Assembly: GCF_000281045.1 (NCBI RefSeq)
Contig: NW_008246069.1
Location: 399,955 to 433,081 of the forward strand
Length of the DNA stretch: 33,127 nt
Direction of reading: 5' to 3'
Source: Saprolegnia diclina VS20
Lineage: Eukaryota
Position 1 is the stretch's first letter. The number at the start of each line of letters is the position of its first letter. Below are positions 22,716-33,127 of this stretch, one piece after another. The notes under the pieces are model-generated. The model had not been told where the DNA came from. It saw only the letters and a list, made by a program, of their open reading frames with translations, and ran no database searches. A program made the position numbers and the translations under genes.

Positions 22716-23692
22716 TGCTGCCTATCTATCGACCCAGCGAATATTGCGACACTCGATAATTGGAACCCGGATCCGGAAAAACTCCCACTTGTGATATCTG
22801 GAAATCGTGTGAGAACTGAAATAGTGTTACTGTGAGGCCCGCTAGGAAGCACCGCTCAGGATCTACGCTTGCTGTCGTAGACGCCACGAAGTCGCTGATA
22901 AGACCGAGCAGGAGCTGTCACAGCGCACGACAAGGTTGGGCGTACGCTTCAGCACGTAATTGCCGCAGGAATTAGAGAGGCTTGCACTGCCCTACCCCTG
23001 CACCTGCTAAGTCTGTCGACTGCTGTTCAAATTCCGCGCCCGAGTGACTGGCAAGATGGTGCTCTGTCTTTGACCGAAGACTATGATTATGGGCCATAGG
23101 CTGTATACTAGAATACGTCTACTTGAAGCTCCTTGCTCATGGTACGTTGTGACCACGAGCGGCGCCGTAGGTATTTGGGCATTTCGACCCGACCTCGGCG
23201 GCGTCGGTGTGCAGGACGGCGCGGAAGGTTCGAGCGAAGGCGATGCAAGCGACATCGACAACTAGACCTTTGGAGACGGCGAAATTGATACTTGACGACG
23301 TCAGACGCCGCCAGCCAAGGGATTAATATGCCAAGCATTCCCCACTGCCAACCGTGCATCTTCCGACGTGGATACGCAGACCAGAAGCTACTACCACAAC
23401 TACTGAAGGCCTTTGTCGTCGAGTCACCGCCCGCTCATTCTACGCCGCTGACAGCGTTGCCGATAGAGTTAGTCGATCAGTCGACAAGTGCCACTAACTA
23501 GAAACAATCAGATTTGCGCTCACGTTCTCAGACGTGAAGACCACTGGTTCCTACTCTCAACCAACGCGCGTCTCGAGATAGCGCACAGACTGAGGTTGTC
23601 CAGGCGTTGCCGTCCACACGATGACGCCTGTCGTCATCATGCGAGCGACTTTGCGCAAGATCGCAAAATTCGAATCCACCACCAGCTGCTGA

Positions 23693-23719
23693 CCAATCAC
23701 CGTGCGGTACGACGCCAAT
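23693..23719 (+). promoter_or_regulatory. Two CCAAT boxes just upstream of the hydrolase gene
   Basis: GACCAATCAC and CGCCAATCAG within 40 nt of ATG 23732. Confidence 0.4.
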
Positions 23720-23731
23720 CAGCATTTCGCC

Positions 23732-25101
23732 ATGTTGCAGACCCTCTTGCTCGTCGACAGCTACGTGGTCGCGGTCGTCGCCGCTGCCTTGCTCGGAACG
23801 TACCTCGTCATGCACGTCTTCACGTGCAACCGCAGCAAGGTCGAGCTGCACTACCGCCACGACTCGCCTCTCCAGCAGTTCATCGCTGCCGTACTGCGTC
23901 CACGCGTACGCGACCATCTCTGACGCATCTCGTAGAACGCGCCGTCGGTCTCGGCGCCGTACCATCCGCCGTGGTGGGCCATCAACGCGCACATCCAGAT
24001 CGCAATGACTCTGCTCGTGCCCCAAACGCCGATCGCGTACACGCGCGAGCTGTTGCCATTGGCCGACGGCGGCCAAATCGGCCTCGACTGGTGCACCGGC
24101 GCCGCGACGCTGCCGGCGACTGCACCCATCGTGCTTGTCGTCCACGGGCTCACGGGCTGCAGCTACGACATGAGATCGTTCTGCGCCGAGGCGCTCCGCG
24201 CGGGTTTCCGCCCCGTCGCCTTCAACAAGCGCGGCCACGGCGACACGCCGCTGACGAGCCCCAAGCTGCAGGCGTTTGGCTGCACGCAGGACCTCTCGGC
24301 CGCGATCGCACATATCCAGGCGTCGTACCCGCATGCCAAGATCACGGGTACACGCATGACATGACGTCGCATCGTTCAGTATTACGTGTGTAGGCGTCGG
24401 CTTCTCCGCCGGGTCCGGTCTCGTTACGTCCTATTTGGGCGAGACAGGCGCCAAGTCGCAGCTCGCTGCCGCCGCCCTCGTCTCGCCAGGTTCGCTTTGG
24501 ATGTTGTTGCTGTTGGCGGTCGCTCATCGAGACACAGGCTATGACGCGCTGGGCCTCTTTTGCCACGGAGGCATTTACCCGCTTTACCACTTCCTCATGA
24601 CCTTTACGCTCAAGGTTCGAGTCACTAGTGTATAGTCCTAAACTGCGGGGTAGGGCTTGCTCAAGCGCCACAGAGACGTCTTGTCGTCGACGATTGACGT
24701 CGACGCAGCGTTGCAAGCGCGTTCGATTCCCGAGTTTGACCGCCACGTCTACATGAGCATGCACGGCTACGACGACCTCGAAGCGTACTGGGCCAAGAAC
24801 AATCCGATGCGCCAAGTGGAAAACATTGCAGTCCCGACGCTCTGCATCAACGCGCGGGACGACCCCGTGTGCACCTACCGTACATCGCTGCTGCTTTCTC
24901 CGAGTTCTTATACAAATATGTTGTGGACTAGGGATGATTCCCTTCCAGGGCGTCTTTGATTCCAACCCGAATGCGATGTTGGCGCTGACGGCGTACGGCA
25001 GTCACTGCGGCTTTTTTGAACTTGACGGTCTCGAACTCAAGTCGTGGGCCACCCGGGCGTCGCTCGACTACCTCCAGGCGGCGCTGCGCTATCAACCCTA
25101 G
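23732..25101 (+). CDS. Alpha/beta hydrolase, ABHD1/3 (YheT/EHT1) family (multi-exon)
   Basis: N-terminal TM; NAHIQ, RELLPLADGGQIGLDW, VVHGLTGCS, FNKRGHG, nucleophile GFSAG, EFD, INARDDP, GSHCGF (Ser-Asp-His triad). Confidence 0.9.
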
Positions 25102-25159
25102 ACCTCGCTATTGGACCCTAAACCACGCTATTGACCCTAGACCTCGCTACTAGACCTAG
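25088..25159 (+). repeat. Imperfect ~19-20 bp tandem repeat (GCTATTGACCCTAGACCTC-like, ~3.7 copies) across the hydrolase stop codon
   Basis: gctatcaaccctagacctc / gctattggaccctaaaccac / gctattgaccctagacctc / gctactagacctag. Confidence 0.75.
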
Positions 25160-25257
25160 TAGCACAAATTCAACAATACAAGAGTTGCGAGTCGATGTAT
25201 ACATGTATATTTCACGAAACGAGGGACGCGTACGTAGTTTTTGGCAGATAACGGTGG

Positions 25258-28200
25258 TTACAAGGACGGATCAATCGCGCCGTTGGCGTAGAATTGGACC
25301 TTGTAGAGTCGCTTCTCGTCTTCAGTGAGGAGCGGGTCGTCTTGGTGCAGTGTTGTGCTTGGCGGGCGGTAAAAGCAGCTGCAAAAGAGCTGCCAGAACG
25401 GACGGGACGCCATGCTCTTGCTCAGCGCGTCGTCGCCAAAGTGCTGCACGAGTTTGTTCTTGGACGTCCGGCGCATCGGCGAGTCTTCGGGCGCAAACCC
25501 GCCGTTCGTATCGACGTATTCAATGTAGAGCGTCGCGCCGTCACTGTCGTCATTGTCCGACGACACGTCATCCTCGTCATCATCGTCTTGGAGCTTCTTG
25601 AGCAAATCGTCCGTGAGCGCCATCTCGGCCGACGCGTGGGCTTGGGCGGCGCCGAGCGTCGCCACTGCCGCTTTCATGGCCTCGGCCTTCTTCTGCGCCG
25701 ACTCTTTCGAGGCTTGGAGACCCCGGCCAAGGCTGGCTTCCTTCTCGAGCTCGGCTGAAATGTGCGCAAGCCAAAGGTGCTGCTCGGCACCTACAGCACC
25801 CTATAGGAAGCGGATCCCTGCCTAAAGAACCTACTGTTGTGGGCTTCGCACAGGACGCTCTTCTGGCCTTGGACGTCCAAGACAAAGGTATGTTCGGGCA
25901 CCGTCTACACTCACTAAGTTGATCCATCGCATCTATCCACGTACCGAGGTAAAGTCGATGTACGTCGTGGCGTCGGCAGCCATCGGCTTGGCACCGAGCA
26001 CTTTGAGCACACCGAGCGGCTGCGCTTCGGCGAGCGCGTCTTCTTGCGAGTTGAAGTAGAGCCACTCGGTGCTGAGCAAGACGCAGTACCTAGAGATTCG
26101 TCGATGATGAGACAATTTGTGTACACAACATAATATGGTCCCGACCGCTTCTTGGCGACGCGGAGACCATGTCCCTTCTTGATGAGGTAGCCTTCCATGG
26201 ACGCGCCAGGGTAGCTAGTGAGAGCTGCGTTGCGAGAGACCACATCGTGCGCTGGCACGGCCGCGACGGCCGCCTCGAGTGTCTTCATCCACTTGACCTT
26301 TTCACCGTCCGTGCCCACCGAGACCTACCCCGCGTTGACCGCCTTGCCCAAACTCAACTTACGGCACTACCTCAAGGAAGCCGTCGTCGAGCGTCTCGAC
26401 TCGAAACACGTGGCGCACGGCGAGTGAGAGTGAGCCATGCCAGTCAGAGACGAGGACGACTTCGTGCTTCTCGAGCGGCGAGTCGGGTGCTGTGAGGTAC
26501 GTGTCGTGGGACGCATAAAGCGAGAGCCACGGACCCTTGAGCACGCAATAGTGCTCGCGCCACGGCGACGTCAACCGTGTCTTGCGCGTCTTGACAAAGC
26601 CTTCGTACGCCAGCACGATTGGCGCGGCCGCCGTGTGGAGCTCCGTCTCGTGGGCCAAGAGGTCGTTGTAGTAGGCTTCGCGCAGCGAGTCTTCTTGCGC
26701 CTCCTTGATCGCACGCACCCATCGCTCCTTCTCGTCGAGCGACGGCGCCATGAGCTGCGCAACCAACGTCTCGCTGCTCTCACCGAGATGGTAATGGACG
26801 TGGAAACCGTGCTGCGCCGAGCCTTGCGGCAGCGCCCAGTCGCTGACGGACGTGACGTGCAGTTCGGCGCTTGCCTCCATTTCGTTGTCGTTGTTGTTGT
26901 TGCTGCTGGTGGCGTGAAGAAGTCGCGCTTCGGCCGCCGACGCAAAGCTCCAAAGCGACGCTTGCTTGAGCACAAAGTACCGTGGCTCATCGTGGGAGAA
27001 GAGCCAGTACGCGGTTTGCACTTGGGTCAGCATCCCTTCCATCGACGACCCCGGCACGACAAAGTTGGCACGGTTGGCCTCGGCGATGGCTTGCGACGGC
27101 GTCGGGCTCTCGTGCAGTAGTTGCTACGATGCTCCTTTTTCATATCTGCAGCGCCCGATGTACGACGTACCTGGGTTGTCTCGAGGAGCGCAAGGCCGCG
27201 GGCACTTTGCAGCACGGACGAGAGCGCCTGCACCCATACATTGCGATCGTCGCGGTCCGCCGTGATGAAGCGCAGGGGCTTGAGGGCGCCGTTCACCCGC
27301 GCCTCGATGTAAAAGTCGTTGGCGTCGACACCGGCTTCGTGTTCGAGAAGCATGACCATCTCCAAGTCCAAGATCGGCGCGTCCCCCGACCGCGCGCTGA
27401 GCTCTGAGGTGAACGCCCATAAATGCGTCTCGTGCAAGAAAAAATAGCTATGCAAACATGCGTCGGAGCTCGAGAGAGATGGTGGGTGGCTATACCCTTC
27501 ACGCCGCTCGGCTCGGCTCGCCTTGGGCTCGTACATCATGTAGCCTTTCACGGGCGACGTATCAAAGGTTGACGCTGTCGCGTGGGCCACCTAGGTAGAG
27601 CCTGAGACAAGGCGACACGCGTCAAGTTCTCTTGCCTCATACGCTTGGTCGTCGAGGAGCGCGTCGCCAAGCTGCTGCTTCTGAACGATCGCGTAGTGGT
27701 CGAGCCACTTGGCTTGCAGTTCCGGCGACTCGACCGAGCAGTAGACGTCACTGGCTTTCTGCGCGTGGTCGAGGCAGTGTACGACAAAGCCGTTCGGGGC
27801 CTCGTCCCAGGAGCATAAGCTTGAGACCGCCAGTCGCCGATTGGGCTCGACGTCGGAGGGCGCGAGGTAAACCTTGAGCTCGAGGCCATCGAGGACCACG
27901 TAGCGTTTCGCAGGTCGCTTGGGCTTTGTCTTGAGCGTGAGCAGCTTGAAGCCTTCCTTGCCACTGCTGCTGCTAGCGGAAGTGGGATCATGGACAAACA
28001 CAAAGCTCGAAAAGACGCCTGCCGTGTCCCTACGTAGTCCTCCAACATATGTGTTGTGTGTTCAAGAGGTACGTGGGGATCGTGTGGAAGAGCGAGTCCA
28101 GCGCCGCCTTGTCCAGAGCGTTCTGGACCGCGTCCAGCCACTGACGTTGGTCGTCGGTCGACGCTGTCAACATGTATACGACCATGCCTTCGTCTTGCGT

Positions 28201-31200
28201 GTCCATGACAAAGCCTGTAGTCTCAAACGACCCGATCGTTGCAATCGCGATCGAGAGCGTCGGCGTCGTCACGCACGTCTTATAGCCTTCACGGGACACG
28301 TAGCACTGCAATTGCGTGCCGTCGAGGACAGCGTAGACGTGCGCTTTGACTTGGCCTTCGGCCGTCACGACGCTTACAGGGCCTTCCATCCCCTTGACCG
28401 GCGTGAGCAGCGTCGCATTACTGGCAAGCGGCCCCAAAAGCGACACAATTTCTTCGTCACTTGCCATTTCGGTGCCGTATTTACGGTCCATTTGCGTCAA
28501 AAGCTCCATGTCAAAGCCATGGGCGTACTCGAGAAGCGCGTCGAGATCGTCAGCGAGCGACGGGTGGATGTGGCCAAACCGCTGCAGCAGTAGGCGCCGC
28601 AGTGTCTGCGTCCCCTCGGACGCAAGGACCCCGGTGGACGCCCGGTGCTCGATCCGTGCGATCGCAATGCCATGCCGGAAGGCACTCGCCCAGTGCAGTT
28701 GGTCGTCCTCTTTGGCAAATGCACAGAAGAACGTCTTGTGGTCGTCCGTGATGATCTCGAGGCCGAACGTACACTCGGTATGGGTGCTGCCACTCCACGC
28801 AACGACCGCAGCCACGCGCTTGGGCTCGTACGTCGTCTTCTTCTCGACGTGGTCGTCTTCGGTGTCGTAGACAGCGAGCGTATTGCCGGAAAGGACGCCA
28901 AAGAAGCGCGTGAGCGACGGCAGGTGGTACCCTTTCATGAGCAAGTACCCTCGCACGAGCTCGGTTTGACTCGGCGACGCGTCGGACGATGACGACGATG
29001 CCGCTGGCAAGAGCGAGATCGCGTAGGCGTCCGAGGTCACTTGGGTGTGGTACACCGCGTCGAGCTTGACAAGGAGCTCGCGTTCGCGGCCGCCAAACGA
29101 GTCGAGCAGCAACGGCACTTCGCGGACCTTGGCCGGGTTGTGTACTTTGTAATAGTCGAATAAGAACTGGGCAAGCGGCGACGCGCTGAGCGTATGCACG
29201 TGCTGTGCCGCGATCGCAACGTGGCACGCTGAGAGCCATTCGTGGGCTTCGATCTCGGAGTCGCACTGGAGGAAGGTCGTGTCGACGTACAAGCTAAATT
29301 GACCGTCGCCGACACGGACACTGTGCACGGCGGTGGACGCCAGCAGCGTCACGTCTTGCATCGCGTCGACAAACAAGGCGAGGTGACCGTCTTCGCTCAG
29401 AACTGCGAACGCGCGCTTGAGCTTGGGAATGGATGGTGGCGCCTTGACCTTGACGTACCCGGCCTTTCGGCGCAGCGGAGGCAGAGAGCCATCGGGCAAG
29501 AGCGACTTGCGCCAAAACGACCCGCGGCGGTCAATGGCCGACGCCGCTCCCGCGAGCTCGGCGCAGAGCGCCTGTAGCGCCGGGTCGGAGGCCAGTGACG
29601 CCCCATACATAGCATCGAGGGACTCGAGCAAGAGGTGTTCTTGGCCTCGAAAGTAGACCAAGAGGGCGTCGACGCCGGCAAGACCGTCGGGGTTGTGCTC
29701 ATTGTAGAACGCTACGATCGCCGACTTGAACGCCGTGGCCTCTGGTGTCGTGCTTGCGTCCGACGCACCCGGCACGATCTCATGCAGCACCGTCCTAGTC
29801 GTATTGCATGATACTGGAGAATATGACGATTTTTGTACTTGTGGTCGGAGAGGGTGACGGCCATGAGACCGTGGGTCCGCGCATGGTCGACGCCGAGCGC
29901 CAGCACGTGCAGCCAATGGTCGCGACTCGCCTCGAGATGCAGCCGATACAGGTGCTTGGTACCAGCTGTGTCGAGCACGGTCATATCGGCCGCATAGACA
30001 CCGGCCATGGCTTCGCACACGTTCACGACACTCGTCGGCGTCTCTGGTGCGGTGAGTGCGGCGGTGCGCGATGTGAAATGCATCAGTTGGTGCCCGAGCA
30101 AGACAAGGTACACCTCGCTTGACGAACTGCTGCCAAACGCGCTCGGTACCGAAAGGTCGGCGACGCCTTCGAGATGGGGCATGCCAGCGTCCGGGACGAT
30201 CGCAAACTCGGCGGCCCGCGCCGCGAGACGTTCATGGCGCGCTTCGAGCGTCGAGAGCAAGTCGGCGTGGTCGCGGACGAGCGTCGTGCCGTACGTTGCG
30301 TCCAGATGCGACAAGAGCTGGCTTTCACGGCCATCAAAGAGCTTGAGCAGCGTCGTGATGTCGTCTTGCTTGGTCGGGTTGTGCTCGGTATAGTAGTTGC
30401 GCAGTAGCGTTGTGAGCGCTTGTACTTCTGGGTCTAGCACCACGTCACCGATCGGCGTCGACGTCGTCGTGGCGGCGACCGCGTGCTTGGCCATCGCGGC
30501 GCGGAGACCGCGCATCCACTTGGCTTTCTCGGCTGCGGTCGGCGCGCTGCAAAGCACCTGCGCGTGCGCGACGGTCTCGATGCGGAACGGGTGCGGGTAC
30601 GTCAAGAGCAAGGTATGGCCGTCCCATTCGCCGACGCTAGCGACTTCCGAGCACCCGACGTCGACCGTTGTCTTGGCGACGTAGGCGTCGTGGGACGCAT
30701 AGAAAAAGACGTGGTTGCCAACGAGCACAACGTACTTTTGCTTCATCGTCGGTACGAAATGCCCTTGCTTGACGAGGTAGCCTTCGACCGTTGGCGTCTC
30801 CGCCTCGACCTGCACCAGTTGCGGACTCGTATCCAACGGCGACGACGAATCGGCGGCGAAAAAGCTAAGGGGTGCCATATGGGGTTAGGGTCGTCGTGAC
30901 CAGGATAGATGTACCTAGCCCGCTGCTTGCCCACGCGGGGCGGCGACGTCAGGTCGAACGAGTCGCGCCGACTTTTGGCGGCCCGCGCGCGCTCTGGCGA
31001 CATGGGGTTCATCGTCATGCCAATGAGAAACGCTGCATTCCACATGGCGACGTCGTGCGAGACGGGCGCCGAGCAGTGCAGCGTCTTGCCTTCGACCGTT
31101 GGAATCGAAAACGGGTGCGACGCAGTCGTCAAGCCGACGCGGCCACTCCACTCGTTGACGCCGCCCGCAACGTGAACGACGCCGAGCGGCGCGTTGGCGT

Positions 31201-32420
31201 GCTGGATGAAGTCGTCGGCGTTCTTGTACCAGCAGAGGGTTTTGCCGTACAACACAAAGTACTTGCTGTGCATGGTCGGGCGCAGCGCGTGCTTGCAAAA
31301 GAGATACCTACCGCGATCGTTGAGTGTTCAACTTGATACGTTGATAGATGACATACCCTTGGGCGAGTGCGTCGACGTGCGACGGCGACGACGACCACGA
31401 CGCGACACGGAGCCGCGTCCGCGCTTTGGCCGAGTGCGCAGTCTGCAGCGCCCCGGACGCAACCGAGATGTTGGCTTCGGCTTCAGCCTTGAACGCTTGG
31501 AGGGCATCCGTGGCCTTGTGCAGGGCCTCGATCAGCGCCGCTTTGGCTTTGGCAAGGTCCTTGGCGGCGATTTGCGCGGTGGCGGCGGCCGTTGCTGCTA
31601 CCTCGGCCATGGCCGAGCACTTGGATGCTTCGGCAGCAGCGTCTTGAACGGCAGTCGATGACGCGGTCTCGGCCGTGTTGACTTGCATCATGACGTGATG
31701 CGCGACTTGCTTGGCGGCGGTTGCTGCCTTCTTGGCGTTGTCCGCAGCCAATGTCGAGGTGCTGGCTTCGGCTTGGGCCGCCACGATCTGCGCCTCAATC
31801 TCGCTGATCTGGATCCTGAGACTCTGGATCTGCTCTTCGTGCGCGCGAATCGCCTTGGACGACACTTCGGCCTTGCGCACCTACATGCGAGATGTCGAGT
31901 CTTGAAAAGAGAGCCGAGGCGTACTGCAATGGCGGCAGTATCGGCCGTCTCGTGCTCGAGCTCAATGTCGTCTTGGAGCTGCTTTTGCGCTTCGACGATC
32001 TCGTCGGCCACGATGCGATACGGCTCCGCGAGCGACTCTTGTATCGCAGCAATCCTACATAGGTGGAGTCAAATCGTAGGAAGAGATGGAGCGAGAGCCC
32101 ACCATTGCTCTTGGGCGGCCATCGTGTCGGCGCTGCATTGGTACGTCTTGCCGCCGAGCGTCGAGACGGCAAAGCCGTGCTCGTATTTCTTTAAGCGCGT
32201 GTGGCCGTCCCACGGCAAGACCTCGCGGATTTCGTAGACGGAGCTCGGCGTCAGGCCTAGCTCGTGCTCGCGCTCGGCGTGGTACACGGCCAGCATCGAG
32301 CCGTCAAGAACGCAGTAGCGCCGACTCCTACGCATGCAGGAGGATGCGGATGCTTGGGTAGATGAAGGCGATGTACATGGTCGGCAGCGCATGGCCTCGC
32401 TTCCAGAGGTAGCCTTGCAT
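25258..32420 (-). CDS. Giant multi-PH-domain protein (~2,170 aa; about 12 PH domains, coiled coil, 4 HNP-GRE repeats; 14 introns)
   Basis: Starts MQGYLWKRGHALPTM. Repeated (E/K)GY(L)xK..RYxVL...W-x-x-A-I units. Thirteen junctions splice in frame with GT-AG introns of 40-55 nt and one needs a GC donor. Ala-rich coiled coil at ~31400-32050; acidic tail with FCSCF. Confidence 0.85.
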
Positions 32421-32815
32421 CACGGATCTTTGGTGAAACGGAGATGACCTTTGGGCTTGGCTGTCTTTCCGTGCCTTACACTATTAAAATAGGATTTTCA
32501 CACACTATTGATTTCTAAACATACCATTTATATCTTTGATGATACACTAAATGGTAAACTATATTATTGTAAATAGATATGTAATTTGGTATGGATATCG
32601 ACTCATTTTATTTTGTGATTTGCACAGACAACACTATTTAAATACATGACGTGGCGGCATGCCAACCTTGCAACAGGTCGGGTGGCGTGGTGATTGGGAA
32701 ATGGAAATGGTTGGGAAGATAGAGAATACGGTGCATTTGCCATTTGCACATATACAGATTTATAAAAAATGAGATGACCAGTGAATCGACGCACGTACAA
32801 ATTGTACTGAAGCTC

Positions 32816-33127
32816 TTATGTCACTACCGACGCTCCAGCCGTGGGGCGTCTCGTACGCCCGCGCGTATCTCGGCGAAAGGCGCCCGTCGACAAGAACTCG
32901 ACCACCCAGCCCGCGACTGTTCGCGCTGTGTAGCGCTCTTGAAGACTGTACGCTTCGAGCGTCTCGCCTGCGCAGTCGAGCCGTGTCCGCACGGGGCGAG
33001 GCTCACGCACGGCGACGCCGTTGTGTGCAAGGTCTTCTCGGTGCATCTCGAGGCTTGCCGTGTCGATCTCGTGAAGACTTTGAAGCACGTTCAGCACCAG
33101 TAGCCCTTGGTGGCGCGCGCGCACCTT
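32816..33127 (-). other. Possible 3' end of a gene or relic running off the window
   Basis: GC-rich open frame from the window edge to TAA 32816. No motif recognised. Confidence 0.25.

Noticed and set aside
22800..23690. Short ORFs between the carboxypeptidase and hydrolase genes (similar ones at 4400-5150, 17500-17780 and 18600-19200)
   Set aside because: No motifs or consistent splice structure; treated as intergenic, although unrecognised relics cannot be excluded.
29712..30878. ATG 30878 (MAPLSFF) as the start of a separate PH gene
   Set aside because: The ATG lies inside a canonical 50-nt intron (30865-30914, with CTAAC branch point) that joins the upstream exon in frame.
32480..32780. 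AT-rich stretch and a 65-aa ORF
   Set aside because: Consistent with promoter/intergenic DNA upstream of the PH gene; no terminal repeats or coding signal.

Overview
Intron-rich eukaryotic DNA with GC-rich exons and many 40-55 nt GT-AG introns. Gene content and style suggest an oomycete, probably Saprolegniales (inference). The ORF track fragments most genes, so models were rebuilt by manual splicing. About 13 intact genes are supported: a FAM228-like protein; a CBS-pair + PTC7-type PP2C phosphatase fusion; two tandem MTH1/NUDT1-like Nudix hydrolases; a ~743 aa multi-pass protein resembling the two membrane cassettes of adenylyl cyclase without catalytic domains; a 70 aa secreted peptide; mitochondrial bL27; phosphatidylserine decarboxylase; ARL16; a Pkr1-like protein; a membrane-anchored M14 carboxypeptidase with an apparently inactive GH16-like N-domain; an ABHD1/3 (YheT)-like hydrolase; and a ~2,170 aa protein with about 12 PH domains and 4 'HNP..GRE' repeats. 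There is also a decayed diacylglycerol kinase pseudogene, a probable ankyrin-like relic and short tandem repeats. No rRNA, tRNA, CRISPR array or clear transposon was recognised. Family calls come from remembered motifs, not database searches.
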